A DNA stretch of 64,000 nucleotides, taken from positions 98,022,001 through 98,086,000 of the forward strand of contig OX597821.1 of the NCBI GenBank assembly GCA_951406725.2, in the 5' to 3' direction. The notes under the pieces were generated by a model. The model worked only from the letters and a program-made list of their open reading frames with translations. It made no database searches and had not been told where the DNA came from. The position numbers were made by a program, and so were the translations under genes. This document shows positions 50,492 through 62,071 of the stretch, one piece after another. This stretch comes from Octopus vulgaris. Taxonomy: Eukaryota. Within the stretch, counting starts at the first letter, position 1. Every line of letters starts with the position of its first letter.

Positions 50492-51948
50492 CTAACAAAA
50501 TAACAAGTAACAACTCATTTGAAGACATTTATTGCACATAATTGAGAAACAAAATAAAAATTAATCAGTGAAAATACTATTAGAAAAAGAATTTTTTAAA
50601 AAATCATCATGCTCCAGCATGGGCAAAGCCTCAAGCTAAAAGTGCTAATAGGATAACAGAATAATAATGTAACTTTCTTACAAAAGGACTAAGCCATAAA
50701 TTTTTGGTAGAGAGGACAGTTAGCTATAATGAACACAGTACTTGGTTGTGCATGTTTTCTCTTGCCATTTTATGTATTTGTTCACATTTTGACCTTACCA
50801 TGTGAATTTAATAATTCACGAGAGACCTTCTTATATTAACCACAACTTGTTTTTGGTAACTGCACAGAATTGTTTTTCATGTAAAATAGGAAACGTATCA
50901 TGACCAGTAACTTATCTGGACAATGGGACAAATAATGTCACAATTAGAGACCCTGAGATCACAACAGTTTTATTTGAATAATATGCAATTAGTGTCACAA
51001 AAAGAACCTACAACTCTAAAGCAGAAATTGGTGATCAATCCTCCAACTTGTAGAACTCAGAATCTCTGAACATACTTCTAGACTAATTGAACACAAATTT
51101 CACAATTGGTGACAGTCAAACATTCTAAATGCTTCATGAAAGAATAATTCTTGTCTGAACAAACAGATTTCAATATGCTTCAAATATGTTTCAACTATTT
51201 CAAATATGTGAACCTTTATTTAAAAGGATTATTTCCAGGAAATACTTCTGGTGCCATTTTACTGAATAGACATATTCCTAAGGAATATAATTCTATTCAA
51301 ATACGAGCTGACCAGACTGCTATAACATAGCACAAGAAGTAGCCAACAATGATTTTGAAGTTTGTTTTAATGTGAGTTCCTCACAGGCATCTGTCAGAGG
51401 CTACATATTGCACTAGTTAAAAGTAGCAGAGTCCACTGTGCGGCATGCAGTATATGAGGACATCAAGTGCTATACACTGAAGAGAAGACAGTTTATATTT
51501 GGCAAGACATATGACAACCATGGGATTTAGTGATCCCCGATATCATACGCATTCCTAGCTCTCTTAATTTAAATTTACTGGACTGCTACATCTGCAGTGT
51601 TATAGAGGAGGACAATCAGCCAACAGCTCTTGTGCTGAGGATATATTGGCAACAACTGTTCTGTGTATGTAGGGAAAAATTTGGGCCATTAGACTTTGAA
51701 ATACACTTGCCCCTGCCTCTTCTGGGCTGTCAATGGAACTTTAGTGCAGTGAATTTACTGGATACTGTTTTGGTGTGTATGGATTATTTGACTTAGGTGT
51801 CTCTACCAAAGTTAGTATAGAAGGATGGAAAGAGGTGAGTCCATTGGCTGAATTATGTGGTCCCATCTCAGTACAAAACTACATTCAGTCTTCTTTCAGC
51901 ACATACATTGTACAACAGGAATAGAGAGAGAGTGAACTTGAAAGCTAC

Positions 51949-52086
51949 CTGTTCTGCAGTTATCTCCCATATAGCCAGATTCACAGCCATTAGGACATTT
52001 TCCATTTGCATGGTGACAACTTGTACCTTTCAAACAGTAACCACATGGATATGAACAATTATGTCCATAATGAGGATTGGCACATT
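51949..52086 (-). CDS. RPTP exon c: EGF-like module KCANPHYGHNCSYPCGYCLKGTSCHHANGKCPNGCESGYMGDNCRT
   Basis: ttcatttcag|AA...ACAG|gtagct; 138 nt, phase 1-1; 8 Cys. Confidence 0.94.
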
Positions 52087-52614
52087 CTGAAATGAAAAGC
52101 ATTAAACAAAATGAGACAAAAGACAATATCAATCATTTTAAACTTTAATAAGTTGACTATCTTAGAATGAGAACTATAATTTTGATATTCTAAATATCCA
52201 AGATTTAAAATTTAAATAAGCTAAGCTGGATATTTTATAACAAGTATTTATGCATCAGCTAAATGAATGGAAAAGAAAAGGAAGTGTCAATTGATAGAGT
52301 TGGGTGACATCTTTTTCAAGTCAGCTAAGATACAATACCATTGACCCCCCCAGGACTAGATTCTTCTTTATTTTATCAACCCTGAAATGTTGAAAGGTGA
52401 AGTTGACCTCAACAGGATTTGAAATCAAGACAAAAAGAACTGGAATAAATATTGCTAGGCACTTTTTTCCCTCATTCTTTCTCTTCATTGAGCAACCTTT
52501 CATAGTGGCGTCTCCAAGTCTCTCTCTTTGCAGTATCATTAAATGCAAGTGAGCCATCATCGATATGGACACATTTCTCTCCTATAACATCACAATTTTC
52601 TCTGCAAGAGTATG

Positions 52615-53022
52615 TTAAGTTAAGTTAAGTTAATTTTTTGGCTCAAAAAGCAAAAAGTAAGGCCATGTAGGGGGACATGGAGTTATGTACAGGGAGGGTG
52701 TTCATGCAAAGAGTTCAGGCCATTTCTGGTCAAGAGAGTCTTTGAAGCAAGCGGTCGTCGGCATCTTCACTATCTCGTCCGGCAGCTTATTCCACGGATT
52801 CGCAACCCGGACAGAGAAAGCCCCTCTCCTTCGATTGAGATGAAATCGTCGCAGATAGAGCTTTTCAGAGTGACCCCACTGCCGACACTCTGGAGCAGGA
52901 GTGAAGAACAGATCTTTCGAGAGGTTACACTTTCCGCTTATGATGTTGTGAGCGAGAATGAGATCACCACGGCGGCGGCGTTTTTCTAGAGAATAAAAGT
53001 CGAGCGTCTTCAGCCTTTCTTC
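52615..53022 (-). mobile_element. CR1-clade LINE 3' fragment (family 2) with (AACTT)n tail
   Basis: EERLKTLDFYSLEKRRRRGDLILAHNIISG...GHSEKL...FSVRVANPWNKLPDEIV. Confidence 0.88.
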
Positions 53023-53030
53023 TATGTGAA

Positions 53031-54525
53031 AGAGAAGTGTGATGTCCTAAAAAAGAAATGTGTCCACATGGATGATGGCTCACTTGCATTTAATGATGCT
53101 TGCAAAGAGAGAGACTTGGAGATGCCACTATGAAAGGATGCTAAATGAAGAGAATGAATGGGAAAAAGAGAGCCTGCCAAATGTTGACCCAACAGAGAAA
53201 CCAGCTATCCAAATTGACAGTAACTTGGTAGATAAAGCAATTAAGGGTATGAAGACAAGAAAAGATCCCAGCCCATCAGGAATCACTGCAGAGATGCTTA
53301 AAATATCTGGCAGTGTTGGCTATAATGAAGTTGCCCATATAGTCAACCAGGTGATACATGAAGGAGTCATACGCAATGACTGGTGTAGCAGCACCATAGT
53401 CAACTGCTACAAAGATAAAGGTGACACATTAGATAGAAATAATTACAGAGGTATCAAATTGTTGGATCAGGTGATGAAAGTCACAGAGTGGGTCACATCC
53501 CAACTAACTAGGGAGAGAGTTAGTTTAGATGAGATACAGTTTGGGTTTGTGCCAGGGAGAATCACCACTGATGCTATATTTCTGGTATGACAGCTGCAGG
53601 AGAAATTCCTAGCCAAAGATAAACCTCTCTACTTGGCTGTCATTAACATGTAGAAAGCCTCTGACAGGGTTCCCCAATCCCTTATCTGGTGGTCAATGCA
53701 GAAGCTAAGGATAGATGAGTGATTAATGATAGCTGTACAAGCCATGTACAGGGATGCTCTCAGTAAGGTATGGGTTGGCAACGAGTATAGTGAAGAATTC
53801 TGGGTAGAAGTAGGGATCCACCAAGGACCACTCTTTGGCTCCCTCTTATTCATCATAGTCCTCCAGGTAATAACAGAAGAATTGAAGATAGGATGCTCCT
53901 GGGAGAACCTCTATGCTGATGACCTTGCTCTAATAGCTGAGTCACTAGCAGAACTAGAGAAGTTTCAGGTATGGAAGCAAGGGCTAGAATCGAAGGGCTT
54001 TAGAGTCAATCTAGCAAAAAACTAAAGTCATAGTAAGTAGGAAGGCAGATAAACAACAAACCACTTCAGGTAGATGGCCCTGCTTGGTTTGTAGAAAAGG
54101 CATAGGTAGAAACTCTATAAGATGTACCCAGTGTAAACTATGGACACATAAGAGGTGCAGCAATATCAATGGAAGGTTAACTAGGGAGATAGTTTTTGTG
54201 TATGGCAGATGCATAGAGGCAATGAACACTTAGATTCCATCACATGCCAGGGGAAAAAACTAGAAGTAGTTAATAGCTTCTGTTACCTAGGTGTCCAAGT
54301 CAGTTGCAGGGGTGGATGTACTGAGAGTGTAGCTGCTAGAATAAAAATAGCTTGGGCAAAGTTCAGAGAGCTCCTACCTCTGTTTGTAACAACAGGCCTC
54401 TTGCTCAGAATGAAAAGGAGGCAGTATGACGCATGCATGCAAACAGCCGTGCTACATGGCAGTAAAACATGGGCTGTGACTCTGAGGACATGCGTAGGCT
54501 TGAAAAAAATGAAGCTAGTATTCTC
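53031..54525 (+). mobile_element. RTE-clade LINE RT fragment
   Basis: NNYRGIKLL, QFGFVPGRITTDAIFLV, GIHQG, LYADDLALIAES, FCYLG, VLHGSKTWA; stops and frameshifts. Confidence 0.92.
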
Positions 54526-55729
54526 CATTTGAAACAATGTCTTGATCCAGAAGTGTTTTCCACTGTTTGAAGCAGTCCTGAGACTCTTGTGAAGTGACGC
54601 CTTTTAATACCTCTGTCATTTCTTTTCTTCACATCTTCCACATCTGGAAAACGTTTTCCTTTAAGGACTTTTTTCATTCAGGGAAACAGAAAAAAGTCAC
54701 AGCAAGCAAGATTAGGTGAATAGGGAGAGTGGTTAAGTGAGGTTATGCCACTTTTGGCAAAAAATGTAACACACCCAAGGTGGTGTGCACAGATGCAGTG
54801 TCATGATGAAACCACCATTTTCCACTTTGCCACAGGTCAGGGCATTTTCATTTCACTATGTCTCCCAAATGCTTCAGAACTGACAAGTAAAACATCTGGT
54901 TAGCAGTTTGACCAGGAGGAACAAATTCTGTGTGGAAAATTTCTTTCACATTGATAAAACACATCAGCATTGTCTTGACACTGAACTTGACATGCATTTT
55001 GGGGGTGTAGTGACACTGAATGCTTCCACTGACTTGATTGCTGCTTTGTTTCTGGCTCATAGACATAGCACCAGCTTTCATCACCAGTCACGACCTTCAG
55101 AAAAAGGTTCAGATCAACTTCCAACTGTTCTTTCAGTTCATGACAAGCATTCAGTCCATGACTGCTTTTGATCTTTCATGAACAAGCGTGGCACAAATTT
55201 TGCTGCAATTCTGTTCATTTGCAATTCCTCGCTCAAAATTCATTGGAAGAATACACCAGTCATATCAACAAGTTTGTCAACTGTTCAGGAACAGGCCTCC
55301 AAGATCAGTTCATGAATTTTCGTGATGTTCTCATTCGTTCGGGTGGTTGACAGTCACTCTGAGTGAAGTTGGTTTTCAAGTGACAAGTGACCATTCCTAA
55401 AGCATGAAAACCACTTATAAACTTGTGTTTTCCTCATGGTAGTATCCTTGTAGGCAGTTTGAAGCATGACAACGGTTTCAGCCAGTTTTTCCTAGCAGAA
55501 AACAGAATTTCACAGTAGCATGCTGTGCCTTCATTTTAGCCATCGCAAAAATCGACAATCTGGGGAGAAGCACTGCAAAGCAAAGACGCACCACAACTTC
55601 ACTTGGTGCCACTGGTTGGCACACTGATGCCTGAGGGTCACACCAAGTGGCTTCTAGCAGTGGAAGCCTGAACTACAATGGGCTTGTCCTAAAGAGAACG
55701 TTTCATGTTATTTTTGGGTACCCCCTTTG
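54520..55729 (-). mobile_element. Degraded mariner transposon; 5' TIR with TA site intact, 3' end lost
   Basis: KFVPRL, VTGDESWCYVYEPETKQQSSQW, YSPNLACCDFFLFP, KGKRFPDVEDVK; TA|CAAAGGGGGTACCCAAAAATAAC terminus at 55729. Confidence 0.88.
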
Positions 55730-56266
55730 TATTCTGGTAGACACAGCAAGGGGAGCAAAGAAATTTTTTTCCATATGAGACATAATTGAAGGACATAAGT
55801 GAAAGAAGGCCCGGAAAATTGGGGGCAGTAATATCAAATGTTGTAGCTTGGAATGTAACAAAAGTTAATCTAAATGGTTAATCTTTAACAGAACAGGTGT
55901 TAGACATTCAAATAATAATATTGGCAAGAATCACAGATGGTTGAGTGGAGAAAGTTTCAAACTAGTAGCTGATGGTTCAAATTTTGGCATGCCAGAATTT
56001 CAAATCATTTTAGACACAAAACATTTCTAATACTGAAAAGCAGATAATCTTCCTTAAAATACAGAGTTATGAATTTTGTCAAGGAGCAAAGAATACATTG
56101 CATTTGACTAGGCCAACTGGAACAGAAGTATATTTAATAAAATAAAAAAAGTACCAGTCATATACTGAGATCAATTTAATGAACTGTCCTAAGCAGCTAT
56201 AGCAATAATACTACAACAGAAATAAAATTCAATACACATGCACACACATAGGTTCCTAATACATAC

Positions 56267-56404
56267 TTATTTTACATGTTGGACCCATAAATCCTGGTTG
56301 ACACCCATATTTACAGTGGCCAGTTCTTGTGTTGCAGGAATTATCTAAACGACAATTCCCACATCTCAAGTTACAATTTCGGCCATATTGACCATTTGGA
56401 CATT
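56267..56404 (-). CDS. RPTP exon b: EGF-like module ECPNGQYGRNCNLRCGNCRLDNSCNTRTGHCKYGCQPGFMGPTCKI
   Basis: ttttatttcag|AA...ATAA|gtatgt; 138 nt, phase 1-1; same 8-Cys spacing; absent from the ORF track. Confidence 0.95.
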
Positions 56405-57829
56405 CTGAAATAAAAAAAAATAATAAATAAATCAAAAAAAGAATTATACAAAGATATATATGTTCAAGGGGTGGGTAACTAAACTTCTATTTATATACAA
56501 AGACAAAGAAAATGTGTACTCAATACATATGGGTGTATATCATTGCTATTATGTTAAACTGTCATATGTCCAAATTTGGGTTAAATACGTTTTCTTTTTT
56601 TTCAATATTTATTTTTGCTAGCAATAGCCAGTTCTTTTGGTCAAACTATCATATCTCCAGCTGCTTCAGATGCCAAGATATAAAAGATTGTCAAAGTATA
56701 GTATAATGGCTTTGCTATGGAATGGAGAAACTATTTTTTTCATTTTCTGAAAAAGCAACATTTTAGACTTACAACACTTTTGCATAATAGCAGTGATATA
56801 TTTATGTATTCAAGGCTAAAACTTGGTTTTGAAGTCACACAGCATTTCTGTGGGACATCTGATTAGTCTAAAGCATTTATGGTCAAATCCACATCATCCA
56901 GTGATTTATTCTTGATATAAATCTGAATATATGGTGCAAGTGTGGCTGAGAGCCGGCATGGCTGGGTGGTTAAGAAGTTTCCTTTCCAACCACATGGTTT
57001 CAGGTTCAGTCCCACAGCATGGAACTTTGATTAAGTGTCTTTTACTATAGCGAGTGTATTTGGGAGATGGAAACTGAAAGAACCCTATGATAGTTGAAAA
57101 ATGGGTGTCACTGTCAGACAAGTAATGTCATCCATTTCCAACATTTTGTGAAGACATCTCTGGTTATGAGGAAATATTACTTTTCTTGGAAACAAGTAAC
57201 AGTTAATGACAGGAAGGGCATCAGGTCATAGAATATCTGGCACAATAAACTTTGTTTGATCCATGCAAGCATGGAAAATTGGATGTTAAACTGATGAGGA
57301 TGATGATGATGATAAATCAATATATATATACACATGTGTGTGTGTGTGTTAACAATAGTAATAAACTAAAGAAACAGTACTCAATACCATAGTGTAATTA
57401 TTTTTATTGGCAGCCTGACAAACTGCATGAATTTATTTGTATCAGGAAACTGCAAGTAATAAATGGCATTGATTTCAGTAAGCAACTTTTACACACGCAC
57501 ACACAAACATATACGCATGTAGTCTGACTACTTCAATATATCATTCTCAAAGCACTGAAATCTTTGATCGAAAGAACCAGATTTTCTCTTATATCACTAT
57601 ATCCCCATACTACTTTAGAACAGAGCTAAAGATACTTTCTTGTTATGAATTTTAGAAAATATCAACCTGATCAATTTTACAAGAAATAAGAAATTCAGAG
57701 TAGAGGGAATGAAGCTATAGCTCTGAACAATTAAAACCATGACTGAGTTTACTGAATGCACATATCACAAACACAGAGTTTAACTGAGATAGGACAGATA
57801 GTGCATACCTTTGACCTTTCTAGGTGGTT

Positions 57830-58160
57830 GATACCCAGAGTGCATAGCTATAGGTCATTTTCCACAATAAATGTGGGTGACCACAAGCTCTTATCTAAGT
57901 ATTTGCAATTAGTCATTAGTGACTTTAAGCTCGAGACCAGGACACCAAGAAGCAGAACAATCCAAAAAAGAAGGATTTGGAAGCTAAAGAACCCTTCACG
58001 TGGTCAGAGATTTAGAGACATCCGCATCAAGGAATTTGAGGAGAAGGAGGAGCTACAAACATCGGACATAGAAGGTAGCTGCAAATTCCTACAGGACAGC
58101 TTGTTGAGTGTCACAGACCAAGTCTATGGATAGTGCAAAGTCCCTTCCAGACCTAGAGTC
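57830..58160 (+). mobile_element. RTE ORF fragment (endonuclease-RT linker)
   Basis: LVISDF...KRRIWKLK...KFLQDSLLSVTDQVYG resembles the RTE post-endonuclease region. Confidence 0.55.
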
Positions 58161-58185
58161 TGGAAGAGAACATCAAAATAAAAAT

Positions 58186-59121
58186 CAAATGGAAATTGTA
58201 GTTGTGATACCTGTGCCAGTGGCATGTAAAAAAACACCATCCGAACGTGGCCAATGCCAGTGCCACCTTGACTGGCGGCCGTGCCGGTGGAACATAAAAA
58301 GCACCAACCTAACATGGACGTTACCAGCCTCTTCTGGCCACCGTGCCGGTGGCACGTAAAAAGCACCCACTACACTCATGGAGTGTTTGGCACTAGGAAG
58401 GGCATCTAGCTGTAGAAATACTACCAGATCAGACTGGAGCCTGGTGCAGCCTCCTGGCTTCCCAGACCCCGGTTGACCCATCCAACCCATGCTAGTATGG
58501 AAAACGGACGCTAAACGAGGAGGAGAAGGAGGAGGGTGAACACCACCAAAACAACTTGCTCCATATCTGTAAAAAACAGTTTACATCCATTGCTATTCAA
58601 CTTGCTTCATTGCTTATCCCAACCAAACTACTGAGACCACCTATCCATCAATACCTTACACACAGTAATTATATATGATCATATTGCCAAAACCACTTGG
58701 CCTTCCACTTCCTTCACAGGAATCTAGCAACATACCCATATTGCCGGGAATTTAACTACAGAATAACAATATCAGTTTTTCTTAGAAAGTGCATGACAAA
58801 GCTGACTTGACTTTCTACTTTTCTTATATTCAGATCCACATATTTACTTGTATAACGCCTTGGCTGGCTTCCGTGCCGGTGGCACGTTAAAAGCACCAAC
58901 CGATCGTGGCCAATGCCAGACCACCCCCCCTGGCACCTGTGCTGGTGGTACGTAAAAAGCACCCACTACACTCGCGGAGTGGTTGGCGTTAGGAAGAGCA
59001 TCCAGCTGTAGAAACACTGCCAGATCAGACTGGAGCCTGGTGCAGCCTTCTGGCTTCCCAGACCCCGGTCGAACTGTCCAACCCGTGCTAGCATGGAAAA
59101 CGGACGTTAAATGATGATGAT
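58186..59121 (+). mobile_element. Two family A SINE-like copies (about 58186-58535 and 58857-59121)
   Basis: Same body as the 3509 and 24775 copies; tails (gag)n and (gat)n. Confidence 0.8.
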
Positions 59122-60079
59122 AAATGCACTTCACAGCAAAATTGACTTAAAAATACACACAATTTAATGATATGAGTTCAAACAGTTTTCAGATCCTCAC
59201 TCCACGTACAAAAAATATATACACTGGCCTTACATCACACCAACTTTTCGATATATTGCTAAGCCTACTATTATTTGTTTTACAACCAACACTCTGTGGG
59301 GAAGTAGTATAATAGGAAATTTAGCCCCGAGTTGATTCTCAGACCATAAATCTTGACACTGTTACTAACTTGCTTTAATTGTATTTTCTATGGGTTAGCA
59401 ACCCCAACTTTTTCTTTTTTTTTCTTTTTACCTGGTTTCAGTTATCTAACTGAATATGTCAACTTGACCTTTGTAGTCATGACTCACTTACCTAACAACT
59501 ATTATAAAAATAGACAAAAGTCAGTTAGCTAGTTACTGCCTAACATTCAAGAGCGGCACATCAACTGACACAATACTTGGCTGTCAGCCTATTGCCACTA
59601 CCACAACAACTACCTGTCAAATCTAAAAAGCATCACTATTGTTGCCACCACTACACAACATCTCGGTCATATGTAAAGAAATTGTTATCCCCCACCTGGG
59701 CTTCTTGTTGACACACACACACACATTGCAGAACAACAAATAGCACATACATAATTATAAAACAGTGTGATCTTCAGCCAGTTTTTCTCCCTGAGACCTT
59801 TGCTGTCCCAAATAACTTTTGTAGTTGTGTCAACAACAAACAAAATGAGGACTAATATCCGTCAAATGGAAATAATGTAAATAATGAACTTTTGTAGTGT
59901 TTAAAAAAATAAAAAATGAAATGAATATTACAGCTAATTTTGTACTCATCATGTATTTCAGAATTATACAACATATTAAATTCTAACTTTTAAAATTAGA
60001 ACTGGTGTTAATAAGATAGATGAAACTGAGAAGGTAAATGCAAATATGTATGTGCATGAATGCATATGTGTGTGTGTAT

Positions 60080-60410
60080 ATCATCATCGTCGTTTAGCAT
60101 CCGTTTTCCATGCTAGCATGGGTTGGACGGTTCAACTGGGGTCTGGGAAGCCAGAAGGCTGCACCAGGCCAAGTCTGATCTGGCAGTGTTTCTACAGCTG
60201 GATGCCCTTCCTAACGCCAACCACTCCTTGAGTGTAGTGGGTGCTTTTTACGTGCTACTGGAACGGAGACAAGACGAAGCTGGCAACGGCCACGGTCGGA
60301 TGGTGCTTTTTGCGTGCCACCGGCACGGAAGCCAGTCAGGGCGGCGCTGGCTACGGCCACATTCAGATGGTAGGCCACATATATATATATATATATATAT
60401 TATTATTATT

Positions 60411-60441
<31 letters not shown>

Positions 60442-60650
60442 TTGCCAGCTCCGTCTGGCACCTGTGCGGGTGGCACGTAAAAAGCACCCACTACACTCAC
60501 TGAGTGGTTGGCGTTAGGAAGGGCATCCAGCCGTAGAAACACTGCCAGATCTGACTGGGCCTGATGCGGCCTTCCGGCTTCACAGACCCCAATTGAACCG
60601 TCCAACCCATGCTAGCATGGAAAACGGATGCTAAATGATGATGATGATGA
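60080..60650. mobile_element. Inverted head-to-head pair of family A repeats (60080-60376 minus, 60443-60650 plus) around a TA/AAT spacer
   Basis: catcgtttagcatccgttttccatgctagcatgggttggacggttcaa... mirrored by ...ttgaaccgtccaacccatgctagcatggaaaacggatgctaaatgatg. Confidence 0.88.
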
Positions 60651-61189
60651 ATAATAATAAAATTATAGTGTATAGTGCTCAGGTGCACTACAACTGATCA
60701 AAGGTGCATGTACAGTACATAGGATTATGCACAAAAGTCATGCTTAAGCATACTACATTAAGTGGGTTTTTTAATACTTCTCAATTCATCCTTCTTTTAT
60801 TCATAAAACAAGATCACTGCTATTAAACAGTACCAACATTACACTCACTGGGCTTCCACCCACAAATTAAACTCAAGAATATAAGCAACTCATAAGAATG
60901 AAAATGTTTACAATCTGATGAAGCCAGCCACATAAAATTTAGCAGCAACTGTCAACATTTTCCTTGTAAAAAAAATTCATGGGTGGAGTCATCTTTCAGT
61001 TAATGTTGGACTGTTTATATAAAGCTATTATAATGGTTTTTCTTCCTCAAAGTGAACTGGTCTTGAGCAACTGCCACTCAGAAAAATCCCAGCTTACTCT
61101 TCTCTAATCCCTCATGCTGTGTTCAGCTTCCCAAATTCTGCACTATCCACTATACCCAGTACTTCCCCCATACACTGGCATAATGCCAC

Positions 61190-61608
61190 TTCCCTCTCTC
61201 ATCATCATCATTGTTTGACCGTGGTCGAGACAATGGAATTTACCATGCTACGCCAGACTTCACGGTCCATCATGGCATTACGGAGGTCACTGTTGCTGGA
61301 AAAGCTCTATCCCTGCGACGATTACATCTCAATCGAAGGAGAGTGTACGCCCTCTGGTATTGCGATCCATGGATGGCTTCCGGACGAGATAGTGAAAGGA
61401 CTGCCGAGCTCTACAACTTGTTCCAGCAAACTGGACTCTCCTACCTTTGACCAGAGATGACACAGGTGGTAGTTTCCCATATTTCTTTGCATGAACGCTT
61501 CCACGAGAGATTTTGAGTACATAACTCCATGTCCATCCTACATGGCCTCTCAAGCTTCTTTGATAACGTCAGGTTTCTGAGTCAAAAAATTAACCTAACC
61601 TAACCTAC
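61190..61608 (+). mobile_element. Degraded CR1 family 2 3' fragment with (AACCT)n tail
   Basis: catctcaatcgaaggagag...ccggacgagatagtgaa...ctttgcatgaac...ctacatggcc is shared with 52615-53022. Confidence 0.7.
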
Positions 61609-61936
61609 ATCCCCACTCAGTAGAGGGCCTTTATTTTGTAAGCTACTTTGTCTTGTGGGTCACTAATGGTGACCTCAATAGTGTTGGTGTCATGAAAAAA
61701 AGCAACCAGTATATCCTGTATAGCAGTTGGTGTTAGGAAAGGCATCCAGCCATAGAAACTATGCCAAAACAGACAAAGTCAATGCAGTTCATTAGATCCT
61801 GTCAAACCATCTAAGCCATACCAACACATAAGACAGACATCGAATGATGATGATAACACACACAGCCACCTGTGTGTACACATACCATGCATGCAAACAA
61901 GTAAATATTTCTTTAGTGAGTCACATTCTTACTTAC

Positions 61937-62071
61937 CTTTAATACAATAATTTCCTGTGAAACCTGCTATACAATGTTGTTCACATACACCAGTTTCTGG
62001 GTTGCAACTGTTATTTTTACAGTTGCCACACTTGTTGCGACAGCTGTCTCCATATGTTCCACTCTTACATC
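61937..62071 (-). CDS. RPTP exon a: EGF-like (MEGF/laminin-type) module CKSGTYGDSCRNKCGNCKNNSCNPETGVCEQHCIAGFTGNYCIK
   Basis: tttttgcag|GA...AAAG|gtaagt; 135 nt, phase 1-1; 8 Cys in CxxGxYGxxCxxxCGxC...CxxxTGxC...CxxGFxGxxC pattern. Confidence 0.95.

Larger units (their letters stand above)
2736..62071 (-). other. Gene span (partial at both ends): EGF-repeat receptor-type protein tyrosine phosphatase with tandem PTP D1/D2, catalytic region resembling PTPRK/M/T/A; 19 exons in window
   Basis: 19 exons with AG/GT boundaries and matching phases join into one ORF of 2,410 nt: EGFx4-TM-JM-D1-D2(part). No signal peptide exon or terminal D2 exons found in the window. Confidence 0.95.

Noticed and set aside
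59486-59620. Strong GTAAGT donor between EGF exons a and b
   Set aside because: Upstream sequence has stops in all frames near the donor and no EGF pattern; at most a non-coding exon.
61590-61608. (AACCT)n, i.e. TTAGG telomere-like repeat
   Set aside because: Only about three units, at the 3' tail position of a CR1 fragment whose sibling ends in (AACTT)n.
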